A DNA stretch of 64,000 bases from contig NIVC01000261.1 of the NCBI GenBank assembly GCA_002269645.1, positions 62,001 to 126,000 of the forward strand, read 5' to 3'. The stretch is from Macrostomum lignano (lineage: Eukaryota). The notes beneath the pieces are model-generated. The model was not told the DNA's origin. It saw nothing but the letters and a program-made list of their open reading frames with translations, and ran no database searches. The position numbers and the translations under genes were made by a program. Shown here one piece after another: positions 1 through 13,600 of the stretch (position 1 is the stretch's first letter; each line of letters starts with the position of its first letter).

Positions 1-410
1 TTCAATTCCCCACCAAAAATGGAAAAAATCGCCTTCAATTCCCCACTAAAAATGGGAAAATCGCCTTCAATTCCCCACCAAAAATGGAAAAAATCGCCTT
101 CAATTCCCACCAACAACGTAAAAAATGGCCTTCAATTTCTTACAAAAGTGGGGAAATCGCCTTCAATTCCCCACCAAAATGTAGAAAAAATCGTCTTTAA
201 TTCCCCACCAAAATGTAGAAAAAACACCTTTGATTCCCCACAAAAAATGGGGGATAAAGCCTTCAATTCCCCACCAAACATGGAAAAAATCGCCTTCAAT
301 TCCCCACTAAAAATGGGAAAAATCGCCTTCAATTCCCCACCAAAAATGGGAAAATCGCCTTCAATTCCCCACCATAAATGGGAAAAATCGCCTTCAATTC
401 CCCAACCCCC
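1..410. repeat. Intronic minisatellite, ~32-33-bp unit (AAAATCGCCTTCAATTCCCCACCAAAAATGG)
   Basis: Tandem units visible from base 1 up to the AG acceptor at 411-412. Confidence 0.9.
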
Positions 411-412
411 AG

Positions 413-735
413 ACAAATGGCCCGACATCGCCCGCATCCAGATGGGCACAGTGTTCAACATCAGCGCGGCAGATTTCAAATCCCAAGCCGCCCTCTGGTC
501 GGACACTTACAATCTGGATGTACTTGAAGCCATGCTGGCTGAGCCGCCAAAATGCGCCGCCTGCGGCGCCCCAGCTGTTAAACGCTGCTCGCGCTGTCAG
601 AACGAATGGTACTGCCGAAGAGAGTGCCAAGTGGGGCACTGGACTAAGCATAAGCCGGCGTGCGACTTGATGCTGGTGGTTCCTCAGAATAAGCCCAACA
701 CTGGAGCCATCGTTGAGGAAGTTAAATCTGATTAA
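413..735 (+). CDS. ZMYND10: Terminal exon of zinc finger MYND domain-containing protein 10 (BLU); gene starts upstream of the window
   Basis: Acceptor CCCCCAG at 412. Translation W..TYNLDVLE..PKCAACGAPAVKRCSRCQNEWYCRRECQVGHWTKHKPAC matches the ZMYND10 C-terminal MYND finger. TAA at 733-735, AATAAA downstream. Confidence 0.85.
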
Positions 736-1091
736 CGCCGGTTTTTTAACTACAGACTTTTTTAATTGCTTAATTTTCATTCACCCTACTTATTGTTCAA
801 TAGTTTACACGCGTTTGCCTATAATAATCCGTCCTGTTTTTTTGTTTTCTTTACTTTCCTATCATTCCATTTTAGCTGTGAAGTTTTTTTTAATAAAAAA
901 GTACTTTTCAATACGTGTTCTATTAGTTATGTCACTGAAGTTTATACGAACATTATTAAAAGTTATAGTTAAATATTTGTTGAAACAACAAGCAAGCTTT
1001 TCGCTGTTCTGTAATTTTGTGAATGCTTACTTCTAAGCCATGTAACTTCGTTCCTTAATATAAATAAAACGTGTGATTTAACCAATCCTCA

Positions 1092-1450
1092 GAATCGCCC
1101 CCACCAGCCATCAATAAGAATCGCCCCCACCAGGCATCAATAAGAATCGCCCCTCAGCCATCAATAAGAATCGCCCCTCAGCCATCAATAAGAATCGCCC
1201 CTCAGCCATCAATAAGAATCGCCAGTCAGCCATCAATAAGAATCGCCCCTCAGCCATCAATAAGAATCGCCCCTCAACCATCAATAAGAATCGCCAGTCA
1301 GCCATCAATAAGAATCGCTCCTCAGCCATCAATAAGAATCGCCCCTCAGCCATCAATAAGAATCGCCCCTCAGCCATCAATAAGAATCGCCCCTCGGCCA
1401 TCAATAAGAATCGCCCCTCAGCCATCAATAAGAATCGCCCCTCAGCCATC
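1092..1450. repeat. 24-bp minisatellite (CAGCCATCAATAAGAATCGCCCCT)
   Basis: About 14-15 near-identical tandem copies; explains the spurious MAEGRFLL ORF. Confidence 0.95.
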
Positions 1451-1543
1451 AGTAAGAAGCGCCTCAGCCATTAGTATTATCATTCCTGATAAAAATCGAT
1501 TGATAAACGCATTCCAGCCTCCATCAGAGCGGCAAGCATCGAT

Positions 1544-3455
1544 ATGCACCAAGCCGACGACAGTGACAGCTTGAAGTCCACCGACTGGCGGATGGACAAG
1601 CGACGCAAAGAGAAGGAGCGACGACGTGAGCGTCACAGAGCAGCCGTTCGATTAAAAGGTTTTGTCATTTTCACTTGTTTTGGATATGTTTTTGCATTTC
1701 TACTTTAAGTAGCTGAAGTAAGATATGGTTCAAATTTATTTGGTTTTTTAGGCTAATAAGTTTTCTGAAGCGGTGATACCCCAGGACAAAAATGAAGCGA
1801 TTTCTCAAGTTGTTAATAGAGGGATTCCACGGGTGTTTAATGGGAAGATTCCCCAGGTCGTTAATGAGGGATTCCCCAGGTAGTTAATAGGGGATTCCCC
1901 AGGTGGTTTTTGGAGCGATTCCCCAGGTGGTTAATGGGAAGATTCCTCAGGTAGTTTATGGGTGATTCTCTAGGTAGTTTATGGGTGATTCTCTAGGTAG
2001 TTTATGGGTGATTCTCTAGGTAGTTTATGGGTGATTCTCTAGGTAGTTAATGGAGGAGTCCCTCAGTAGTTAGTAAGGGATTCCCCCAAGCAGTTAATCG
2101 CGGATTCCCCGGGTGGTTAATGGGAGAATTTCCGAGTTGGTTAATGGTGGGATTCCCCAGGTGGTAAATGGTGGGATTCCCAGGTGGTTAATGATGGGAT
2201 TCCCAGGTGGTTAATGGTGGGATTCCCAGGTGGTTAATGGTGGGATTCCCAGGTGGTTAATGGTGGGATTCCCAGGTGGTTAATGGTGGGATTCCCAGGT
2301 GGTTAATGGTGGGATTCCCAGGTGGTTAATGGTGGGATTCCCAGGTGGTTAATGGTGGGATTCCCAGGTGGTTAATGGTGGGATTCCCAGGTGGTTAATG
2401 GTGGGATTCCCAGGTGGTTAATGGTGGGATTCCCAGGTGGTTAATGGTGGGATTCCCAGGTGGTTAATGGTGGGATTCCCAGGTGGTTAATGGTGGGATT
2501 CCCAGGTGGTTAATGGTGGGATTCCCAGGTGGTTAATGGTGGGATTCCCAGGTGGTTAATGGTGGGATTCCCAGGTGGTTAATGGTGGGATTCCCAGGTG
2601 GTTAATGGTGGGATTCCCCAGGTGATTAATGTTGGGACTCCCCAGATAGTAAAAGATAATAAATTAGACTTCTTTGGGGGCTGAGAAGTTATTTCAGTTT
2701 TTTATTGCATTTGGCTTTAATGTTTTTTTAAAGTACATGTAGTAATTTTAAAACTCCCTACCTTTACCGCCGCAGTGGAGTCCGGCCTCGATCACGTGAC
2801 CAAGCGCGATGCAAAAGCTCTGCTTGACGCCCAATTAGAATTGGCTCTTAGCCAAGGCCAGCCAACAATCTGCTTAGACTTGACCTACGAATCGAAAATG
2901 TCCGATAAAGAGGTGGACAAATTGGCTAAACAATTAAATAGACTCTATGGTATTCACCGATCTTCTCAGCCTAATATGGTTCAACTCTGTTTAACCAATT
3001 ATCAATTAGAGTCTCGCTTAGCAACTGTTGCTAGGCAGAAATATTCCATGCAAGCCTATCGTATTGCATTATTTCCTCAATCGCCAGTTGATAGCTTTCC
3101 TAATAAGGAGATTATTTACCTGTCACCGGATGCTGAGCAGTGTCTATATGAGCTTTCTCCATCCGCTGTCTACGTCATTGGCGGCTTTGTTGATGAAGCT
3201 AGACAACCGGGCGCGTCTGTTAGCGAGGCTGCTCAGTTTGGCTGCAAAGCCGTTCGACTTCCGATTGATAGTCACGTGACGTCCTCTACCATAACATCCG
3301 CGTCTTTGCGTAAACTACCATTGCCAGTGAATATTGTATTCGGCGTTCTTGTTGATTTGGTCAACGGATCGACTTGGACTGAGGCGTTGATGGGGCGACT
3401 GCCGCCGCGACTGAAATTGCAGCCGAAACAGGGTAACTATTTGGCGAATTCTTGA
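1544..3455 (+). CDS. TRMT10: tRNA m1G9 methyltransferase, TRMT10 family (SPOUT; B-like); exons 1544-1658 and 2776-3455
   Basis: Exon 2 has ICLDL..MSDKE..KL.KQL.RLYG, IIYLSPDAE, YVIGGFVD and RLPI motifs of Trm10. Exon 1 encodes a basic coiled coil (KRRKEKERRRER). Phase-1 donor (1659 GT) matches phase-1 acceptor (2775 AG). The start codon is less certain. Confidence 0.8.
1820..2640. repeat. 23-bp minisatellite (GGTGGTTAATGGTGGGATTCCCA) with degenerate flanking units, in the TRMT10 intron
   Basis: About 20 perfect tandem copies at 2150-2620. Confidence 0.95.
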
Positions 3456-3589
3456 ATGGCTTGCGCCAGATTTGGTTCTTGTAACTGCGAGTGCACTTTT
3501 TAACACAGTTGAGTGCAATCATCTTCGTTATCATGCTCTTTCGATCTTAGCCCCCGTTGGGGGAGGCCATAAAAGAAAGGAACTTTCCA

Positions 3590-4130
3590 AGAAATATCAT
3601 AATATTTCCAAGAAGTATCCATGTCCATTTCCAAGAAAAAAACTGCTCCTGTCCATTTCTAAGAAAAAACTACCTCTGTACATTTCCAAGAAAGAACTAC
3701 CCCTGTCCATTTCCAAGAAAGAACTACCCTTTCCATTTCCAAGAAAGAACTACCCCTGTCTATTTCTAAGAAAGAACTACCCTTTCTATTTCCAAAAAAG
3801 AACTACCCCTTCCATTTCTAAGAAAGAACTACCTCTGTCCATTTCCAAGAAAGAACTACCCCTGTCCATTTCTAAGAAAGAACTACCCTTTCCATTTCCA
3901 AGAAAGAACTACCCCTGTCTATTTCCAAGAAAGAACTACCCCTGTCTATTTCTAAGAAAGAACTACCTCTGTCCATTTCTAAGAAAGAACTACCCTTTCT
4001 ATTTCCAAGAAAGAACTACCCCTGTCCATTTCTAAGAAAGCACTACGGATTTCTAGGAAAGAACTTGCCCTGACCATTTCTAGGAAAGAACTTGCCCTGA
4101 CCATTTCTAGGAAAGAACTGTCCCTGAAAG
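3590..4130. repeat. 27-bp minisatellite (AAGAAAGAACTACCCCTGTCCATTTCT)
   Basis: Tandem copies; gives KKELPLSIS pseudo-ORFs. Confidence 0.9.
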
Positions 4131-4989
4131 TTTTATGAGAAAGAGCTGCCCTGTCCATTTTATTAAATTTTAGTATATAGGACTGTCCCTGACAGTTTCC
4201 AATAAAGAAGAACTGTCCTTAACCCTTTTCAAGGAAAATTTTCAAGAATCAAACTCCCTGACTTTATCAACAATGAATCATGCCTTGAAATTTTTTAAGC
4301 GTCGTCATTGACTTTTATAACACTCCCTTCTGTTATTTATTTCTCATATACGAAACTATTTTGTGGTTACACTGTTATCATTCGTAATGCGTTTTGTTAT
4401 TTGTAGATTAATAGAATTAGTAACTTTATTACAAGTGTGACTCGCTTTTTGATAGCCGATCTGTATATCTTCCATAGCATTCTGATGAAGCTGAATAAAT
4501 TGTTAATTTGAAGTCAAGTACTTCAGTTCAGTTCTTTTACAGTTTCTTTGTTTCTTTATTTGGGATGTTTTTTATGTATTATGCAGAGAGACTTTGTGGT
4601 AAACGCTTCTAACCTTCATCCCCCAGATAGCAAGCATCCCCAGATAGCAAGCAACCCCCAGATAGCAAGCAACCTAAACAGCAAGCACCCCCCAGATAGC
4701 AAGCAACCTAAACAGCAAGCACCCCCCCAGATAGCAAAGACCCCTCAAAATACAATAGCAAGGTCGCCCACAGCCTTATAGCCAGATTATTATTATCGTA
4801 TTGTATTTCGACAATACCCTTTCGAATGCATGACATTCTTCTCAGTTTGATTTGAATTTGTTTATTTTAAAGAACTTTAAATAAAACTACTCAAATAACT
4901 AATCGAAGAAGACACAAAACTATCGCTAGCTCAGATTTAGCTGTGAGCAGCAGCACATCAGCAAATCAGAAGCAACTGCAGAAGAGAAA

Positions 4990-7900
4990 ATGGATCGAAT
5001 TGATCCGGACACATTGCTCGACTGGCTCAGCTCGGGCCACGGCTGCGACCTCGACAATCGCCTGATGCAGCGCGACGCTCTTGAACGACTGTGCGAAGTG
5101 CTACTGTTCTCCGACAATGTCGATCGCTGCTTTGAAATGTGGTCGCCGAGAGTGTTCTTGCCGGCACTTTGCCGCATCTTTCTTGATGAAAGCGCTCCGG
5201 AAGAGATCCTGGAGATTGCCGCTCGAGCCATCACCTATTTCTTAGACGTGTCGCATGATTGCTCAAGGCGTATAGTTCAGGTTGATGGCGCTGTGAAAGC
5301 TATCTGCACTCGACTATTGGTTGCTGACATGTCTGACTATTGCAGCAAGGAGCTGGCTCAGCAGTGCATTAAAATCATCGAGGGCATCTGTCAGAGAGAG
5401 CACGCCGCGGTGTACGAAGCTGGCGGATTGCAATGCTTACTAGCCTTTGTGAAAGCTCACGGTGCCCAGTGCCATCTGGACGTTACTCACTCGGCGATGA
5501 ACGCTGCTACGAGACTGTGCACCAGAGTTGAACCGTCTGATGACAGCCTGCCTACCAGTGTGGACTGTCTGCAGTACCTGCTGGAGCATCAGGACTCCGG
5601 CGTTGTTGACATCACATTGCGTTGCTTGGCCACTCTAGTTGACCGGTTTGCTAAACGTCACGCAGATCCGGCGCCCCTCGCTCCGGAAGGTGTCCTGTCG
5701 ATGCTGCTGAAACAGCTTCGTCGCCGATCTGAACGCAACTTCACCGCAGTCACCGCCGTGTTGACTTCGCTGTGCAAAGCTTCGCCAGAAGTGGCCCAAG
5801 CTCTGCTACTCCGTCAGGATTTGGACTTGCCAGACGCGCTGATTGAAGCTTTGAAACTGTCGGCTTCTTCTGGCGGAGAAGATCGGATCGCTTTGGAATC
5901 GTTGCGTTTGTCCGAGTTGCTCATGACTCTGGTGTTTGAGGGTCGGCCAGCTCTGGTCCAGCTGTCTGGCAGTAGCGTTGTAGCCGCTGCACTCGGTGGC
6001 TTGCGTGGCGCTTCCGGTGGTGGCGCCGGCGGCGGCGCAAGCGGAAGCGCCGAACGACCGCATCGTCAGCTGATCGATGCAATTCGCAGCAAAGACACTG
6101 AGACGGTTGTTGACGCTATCGAATCTGGCGCATTCGATGTCAACTATATGGACGATGTTGGTCAGACATTGCTAAACTGGGCTGCAGCTTTCGGTACTAA
6201 AGAGATGGTGAAGTTTCTCTGCTCCAGAGGCGCCGATGTCAACTTTGGCAAACGGTCCAGCTCGTTGCACTACGCAGCCTGTTTTGGTCGGCCGGAAATT
6301 GTCAAACTATTGCTCAAATACGGAGCCGATCCAACTCTAAAAGATGAAGAGAACAAGCTGCCGATTGATAAAGCTAGAGAGCGTCAGGATGCCGGTCACC
6401 GTGAGGTTATTAGCATTCTCACCTCGCCTAGAGAGTACATGTCTCCAGCTGGCTCTACCGCTGCCGCCGCAGCTGCCGCTGAAAACGCCGCAGTCGGCGA
6501 TCCTGATGACTCAGAAGATGCGCCTTCATCTGCTAACGCTTCGAATGGCACCGCCGGATATCCGGAATGCCGACCGGCTTTCATGCACCGATTCGCTCCG
6601 GCCCTGCTAGGCCTCTACTGGGACAGCATGGCCCCGTCTATACGCAGGTGCGCAATTCACCTGCTGTTGAAGCTGCTGTCTTACGCTGATGCAGATTTCC
6701 TTGCCAGTTTAGGCGGCAGCGAGTTGGCTAGCGGCCTAGTTCAACTAGTTGCTCACGCTCTGCAAGATGAACAATCCGATATTGGTCAGAGAAATGCCGC
6801 ATTGAGAATTGCTGAACAATTGTTAGATAAAGCTAAATCTGCGTTTGGTGAACAGTTCTTCCGGCTGGGTGCCATTGCTCAGATTCGGGTTATGCACGAG
6901 GCGCATCTGCGAGAGAAGGCTAGGGAGAAAAGGGCAGCTAAAGAGCAAGCTAAGGAGCAGTTGAAGCAGGCGCAATCTGCTAGCGCTGGCAGTAATAGTA
7001 CCGAGTCATCTAAAACTGCTGCAGTCACACCTGCTGCTTCTACCAGCCCAGTTGGTGAGTCAACTTGCTGACATGCAGTATTTACTCTGTATAAAATGTG
7101 CGAATAACCCAATGATTCATTCTGTCCTTAATGTGCACTACCTGTTATTTCCATCCCCAATGTCAATTGCCAACTCACCCCCCCCCACGATTCTTTCTAT
7201 CCCCCCAATGTACACCGCTAACTCACTCCCCGATTCTTTCTGCCCCAATGTACACCGCCAACTCACCCCTCTCGATTGTTTCTACCCCAATGTACACTGT
7301 CAACTGACCCCCTCCCGATTCTTTCTACGCCCAATGTACACCTCCAACTCACCCCCTCCCGATTCTTTCTGCCCAATGTACACCGCCAACTCACCCCTCC
7401 CGATTCTTTCTGCCCCAATGTACACCGCCAACTCACCCCTCCCGATTCTTTCTGCCCCAATGAACACCGCCAACTCACCCCTCCCGATTCTTTCTGCCCC
7501 AATGTACACCGCCAACTCACCCCTCCCGATTCTTTCTACCCCAATGTACACCTCCAACTCACCCCCTCAGATTATTTCTGCCCCAATGCACACTGCGAAC
7601 CCATTAATTGCACACACGCACAAACCCTTACTCCCTATAGCCCAGCAAGAGATGGAACAGCACCGTCTGTACCAATGGTTCGACTGGAGCCTGGCTCGAA
7701 CCCGGGAGAGCCTATTCCTATTCGGCAGGCACTGCGCCATCGAGCTGCCCAACATGAGCAATGGCTGGTTCAAATACCAGCTGGACTCTCGCGTGTGCAC
7801 CATGTACAGCAGCGGCAGCGCCGAGTCGGAGTCGCCTCAGCGCTCGCAACACCAGCGCGAGACCGCCATGCAGCAGCAGGACGATTTCAGCCGCCGCCTG

Positions 7901-8162
7901 CAGTCGGTGAAGGCCCTGGCGCTGCGGCATCATCGAAGCGGCTCGCAGAAACTCGCCGAATTTCAGGCCGAAGTTGGCAAATGGCAGCTGACCGCCAGCG
8001 GCTCGGAGCTGCGCGTCTGCAATCGGGACGGCGGGACCCAGACTACCGTGCTCAGGCCCGGCCTGGCCGGCTTCGAGTTCGAGACCTCCAGGAAGACGCA
8101 CCTTAAGTAAGCTGACTGCTTGTCTGACTGCCTGTCTCTGTCTTTCTGTCTGTCTGTCTGTC

Positions 8163-8195
<33 letters not shown>

Positions 8196-8394
8196 GTCTG
8201 TCTTTCTGTCTGTCTGTCTGTCTCTGTCTGTCTGCCTGTCTGTCTGTCTGTCTGTGTGTCTGTCTGTCTGTCTGTCTGTCTGCCTCTCTGTCTGCCTGTC
8301 TGTCTGTCTGTCTGTCTGTGTGTCTGTCTGTCTGTCTGTCTGTCTGCCTGTCTGTCTGCCTGTCTGTCTGTCTGCCTGCCTGTCTGTCTGTCTT

Positions 8395-8441
<47 letters not shown>

Positions 8442-8458
8442 GCCTCTCTGTCTGTCTT

Positions 8459-8507
<49 letters not shown>

Positions 8508-8638
8508 GTGTCTGTCTGTCTGTCTGTCTGTCTGCCTCTTTGTCTGCCTGTCTGTCTGTCTGTCTGTGTGTCTGTCTGTCTGTCTGTCTGCCTGTCTGTC
8601 TGCCTGTCTGTCTGTCTGCCTGCCTGTCTGTCTGTCTT

Positions 8639-8685
<47 letters not shown>

Positions 8686-10594
8686 GCCTCTCTGTCTGCC
8701 TGTCTGTCTGTCTGTCTGTCTGTGTGTCTGTCTGTCTATCTGTCTGTCTGTCTGTCTGCCTGTCTGTCTGCCTGTCTGTCTGTCTGCCTGCCTGTCTGTC
8801 TGTCTGTCTGTGTGTCTGTCTGTCTGACTGTCTGTCTGTCTGTCTGTCCTATTTAAATGGGTTCATTAATATTTGCCTCTGTTGCTGTGGGTATTGGGTA
8901 TCATTTTCAATAAAATCCTATATACTAAGGATACAAAAAGTTCGTTCGAAATTATCTAATTAAAAACCTCCGTATGATTTTAAAGATAAAGCATTTACAG
9001 AAACCACCCTCACTAATGTTTTTCCACAACCCCCCCTCCTACCCCAGGTACGTGAGTGAGCATCAGTCCCAGTCTTCCCAGCAGCAGCAGCCCAGTCAGC
9101 ACCAGCCGAACTGCAACTCGCTAGCCAGCGCCCTGTTCCTTCGCCACCTGCAAGATGTCGACGCGGCCCAGACGGGCGTCTGCGACAAGCTTCGCGCTGT
9201 TGGCCGAGCCTTGGCCGCCACGCCCAACCAGCCGCACCAACTGGCAGCGGGCGAGCCACCCAGTACAGGCAGCAGCGGTGTAATAAACGAATCAGGTGTA
9301 GCAGAATTGGTCCAACTATTTGACCATGAGGCCACAGTGTCGGCTTACGAATTGCACACGTCTGGCCTGTTGCCAGCCCTGCTGATGTATCTGCATAGCG
9401 AGGACAGGCAGGTGGCTGCTAATCGGCAGGCTCATTTTCTGAAGCAGTTCTCGGGTAAACCAGCCGAGCTGTTTGTTGCTAAGCTGGTTGCTGTGCTTCA
9501 GTTAGTGGAGCGTCTGCCCCTACTGTTGCTGGACTCTGCTCCTGTGGCTTCAAATTCGTCTGCTTCTTCTGCAGCTGCAGCCGCCGCCGCTGCCGCAGCT
9601 GCTTCAGCTAGCGGATCCGCAGCTTCGGCTGTTGTTGCTGCTGCTGCCGCCGCTGCTGCAGCCGCTGCCGCTGCATCTTCCGCTAATTCGTCATCGGGAT
9701 CCGGTCGACACGGCGGCAGTGCCGATCAGCAGAGCCTGGCCAGTCTGGTTAAGAAGCTTCGATTACAATTGGAATGCGGCACTGGCACTGGCCCTGTCAC
9801 GGCTAAGAATAGCGACGGTTTAGTAGATTTAACAGGCCGACAACTTAGAGTGGAACCGCTGTGCTCTGTAGGCGAGCTGGAGCAGTATCTTTTGAAGCGG
9901 GTGTGCAAGCAATGGCACGATCTTGATAGATCTACGTTTAGAATGTTCCAAGCTTTGTCTGCAGCCCCCGATGGTGCTGTGCAGCTAACCTATGCCTACG
10001 ATTTCGATGAGAATGGTCTGTTCTATTGGCTAGGCACCAATGCTGGTAGTCAGCCTAGCTGGGTCAATCCAGTTCAAGCTGGTGTGGTTGTCATGACAAC
10101 TTGGAATGGCAAAGATTTGTCCTATGGTAAATTGGAACATTTCCTATCTAGAGATCATGCTCCGTTGAATTGTCACACGGCTGATGACCGACAGGCTGCT
10201 GTACAGATTGATGTTGGAGTTGACCTCCTGCCTAGCGCTTACACCGTACGGCATGCCCGCGGGTTCTCACGCTCCGCGCTGCGCAACTGGGTACTGGAGG
10301 CGTCTCACGATGCCACTAATTGGATTGTGATTAGTAAGCACGTCAATGATGAGGGCCTGCGAGATCCCGGATCCACGTGTACTTGGCCGATTGAGTTGTC
10401 TGATTTAAGATCTGCGACTGCTCACGATTTGGAGACTGATGGAGCTGCGGCTGCTGGATGCTCCAGAGGCTGGCGCTACTTTCAAATTAGGGTGAGGCGC
10501 TGGGGACTCTGGGCGTTCGCTGTTGGTTGATTGACAGGTTAGCAGGTAGACACTAGGACAGAAGCTGAGACACTAACCCGGCAAATAGATAGGC

Positions 10595-10633
<39 letters not shown>

Positions 10634-13600
10634 AAAACGGAAAGTCAGACAGACAAACAGAAAACAGACAGACAGCCAGACAGACTAACGGAAAGACAGA
10701 CAGACACTAAGGCAGACAGACAGACAAACGGAAAGACAGACAGACACTAAGACAGACAGACAGACAAACGGAATGAAAGACAGACAGACAGCCAGACAGA
10801 CGAACGGAAAGACAGACAAACACTAAGACAGACAGACACTAAGACAGACAAACACTAAGACAGACAGACAGACAGAAAAACCGAAAGAAAGACAGACAGA
10901 CAGACGAACGGAAAGACAGACAAACACTAAGACAGACAGACAGACAGAAAAACCAAAAGAAAGACAGACAGACAGACAGAAAAACCGAAAGAAAGACAGA
11001 CAGGCATACTGTCAGGCAGACAAACAGACAGACTAAGACAGGCAGACAGACAGACAGACAAACGGAATGAAAGACAGACAGCCAGACAGACGAACGGAAA
11101 GACAGACAGACACTAAGACAGACAGACAGACAGAAAAACGGGAAGAAAGACAGACAGACATACTGACAGAGTTTCTTTTTTAATAATTTTAATTCTGAGG
11201 CGCAGATTGGATGTTAACAAGGCTAAATTAATGTGTCGACTTGAAGTATCTTGCTAAAAGTTTAGTTTAAGTTAATACATGTATATTGTGAAAATTGAAT
11301 GGAATATAGATTTTACCACTATATATAGACAAAAAACGCTAATATTGCTACTGAAAAGCGTAGATGAACAAGATTGATTGACAGCTAAGATAGCTAAATA
11401 GTAGCTAGACTGACTCATTGATCAATTCCACCATGCCAATCCCAGGTCACCGGCAAGAACGCCAGCAACCAGATGCACGTACTCAGCTGCTCAGGCCTCG
11501 AACTCTACGGCCGAGTAACTCGAGCTCACGCTGAAGTTGGCGCGGCACTTCGAGCTCGAGAGCAGCAGCTGGCTAAGGCTAGGCGTCGAATCCGGGACCA
11601 CGCGCTGAACCAGCTGGTGCCGGGAGCTCGGGTTGTTCGCGGCCCCGACTGGTGCTGGGGCTCGCAGGACAGCCTGGGCGAAGGCACCGTCACCAAGGAG
11701 CTGACTGGCGGCAAAGTGGCGGTCCGGTGGGACGCCAAGCCGGACCAGATCAGGGTTTATCGGATGCAGAAGCGGGACAATGTGTACGACCTCACCTTGG
11801 CGCCGTCGCATGATGAGCAGCAGGTAGGAATGTTTTTACCGTAATAAGGTTAAAATCTTCTGAATCTCATTTAATTTCTTTGTGGTAATAGTTTTAAAAA
11901 CCGGTCTTCAACTCCTTTAACCAGCCTTCAAATCCTCTAAACGGCCTTCAAATCCCCTAACTGGCCTTCAAATCCCCTAACCGACCTTTAAAATATCCTA
12001 ACCGGCCTTCAAATCTCCTAACCGGCCTTCAAATCTCCTAACCGGCCTTCAAATCTCCTAACCGGCCTTCAAATCCCCTAACCGACCTTTAAAATCCCCT
12101 AACCTACCTTTGAAATCCCCTAACCTACCTTAAAAATCCCCTAACCTACCTTTAAAATCCCCTAACCTACCTTTAAAATCCCCTAACCTACCTTTAAAAT
12201 CCCCTAACCTACCTTTAAAATCCCCTAACCTACCTTTAAAATCCCCTAACCTACCTTTAAAATCCCCTAACCGACCTTTGAAATCCCCTAACCTACCTTA
12301 AAAATCCCCTAACCTACCTTTAAAATCCCCTAACCTACCTTTGAAATCCCCTAACCTACCTTAAAAATCCCCTAACCTACCTTTAAAATCCCCTAACCTA
12401 CCTTTAAAATCCCCTAACCTACCTTTAAAATCCCCTAACCTACCTTTAAAATCCCCTAACCTACCTTTAAAATCCCCTAACCTACCTTTAAAATCCCCTA
12501 ACCGACCTTTGAAATCCCCTAACCTACCTTAAAAATCCCCTAACCTACCTTTAAAATCCCCTAACCTACCTTTAAAATCCCCTAACCTACCTTTAAAATC
12601 CCCTAACCTACCTTTAAAATCCCCTAACCGACTTTTAAAATCCCCTAACCGGCCTTCAAATCCCCTAACCGACCTTAAAAATCCCCTAACCTACCTTTGA
12701 AATCCCCTAACCTACCTTTGAAAATCCCCTAAATGGCCTTCGAATCCCCTAACCGACTTTTAAATCCCTAATCGGCCTTTAAAATCCCCTAACCGGCCTT
12801 CAAATCGCCTATCCGGCCTTCAAATCCCCTAAGCGGCCTTCAAATTCACCCACTCACAAAACCGGCCTTCAAATTCCCCCACTGACAAAACCGGCCTTCA
12901 AATTCACCCACTGACAAAACCGGCCTTCAAATCCACCCACTGACAAAACCGGCCTTCAAATTCACCCACTGACAAAACCGGCCTTCAAATCCACCCACTG
13001 ACAAAACCGGCCTTCAAATTCACCCACTCACAAAACCGGCCTTCAAATTCCCCCACTGACAAAACCGGCCTTCAAATTCACCCACTGACAAAACCGGCCT
13101 TCAAATCCACCCACTGACAAAACCGGCCTTCAAATCCACCCACTGACAAAACCGGCCTTCAAATTCACCCACTCACAAAACCGGCCTTCAAATTCACCCA
13201 CTGACAAAACCGGCCTTCAAATTCACCCACTCACAAAACCGGCCTTCAAATTCCCCCACTGACAAAACCGGCCTTCAAATCCACCCACTGACAAAACCGG
13301 CCTTCAAATCCACCCACTGACAAAACCGGCCTTCAAATCCACCCACTGACAAAACCGGCCTTTAAATTCCCCTACTGACAAAACCAGCCTTCAAATCCAC
13401 CCACTGACAAAACCGGCCTTCAAATCCACCCACTGACAAAACCGGCCTTCAAATCCACCCACTGACAAAACCGGCCTTCAAATTCCCCCACTGACAAAAC
13501 CGGCCTTCAAATTCACCCACTGACAAAACCGGCCTTCAAATTCACCCACTGACAAAACCGGCCTTCAAATCCACCCACTCACAAAACCGGCCTTCAAATC

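Noticed and set aside
11900-12840. Possible interstitial telomere (CCCTAA present)
   Set aside because: One CCCTAA per 21-bp unit, not tandem hexamers
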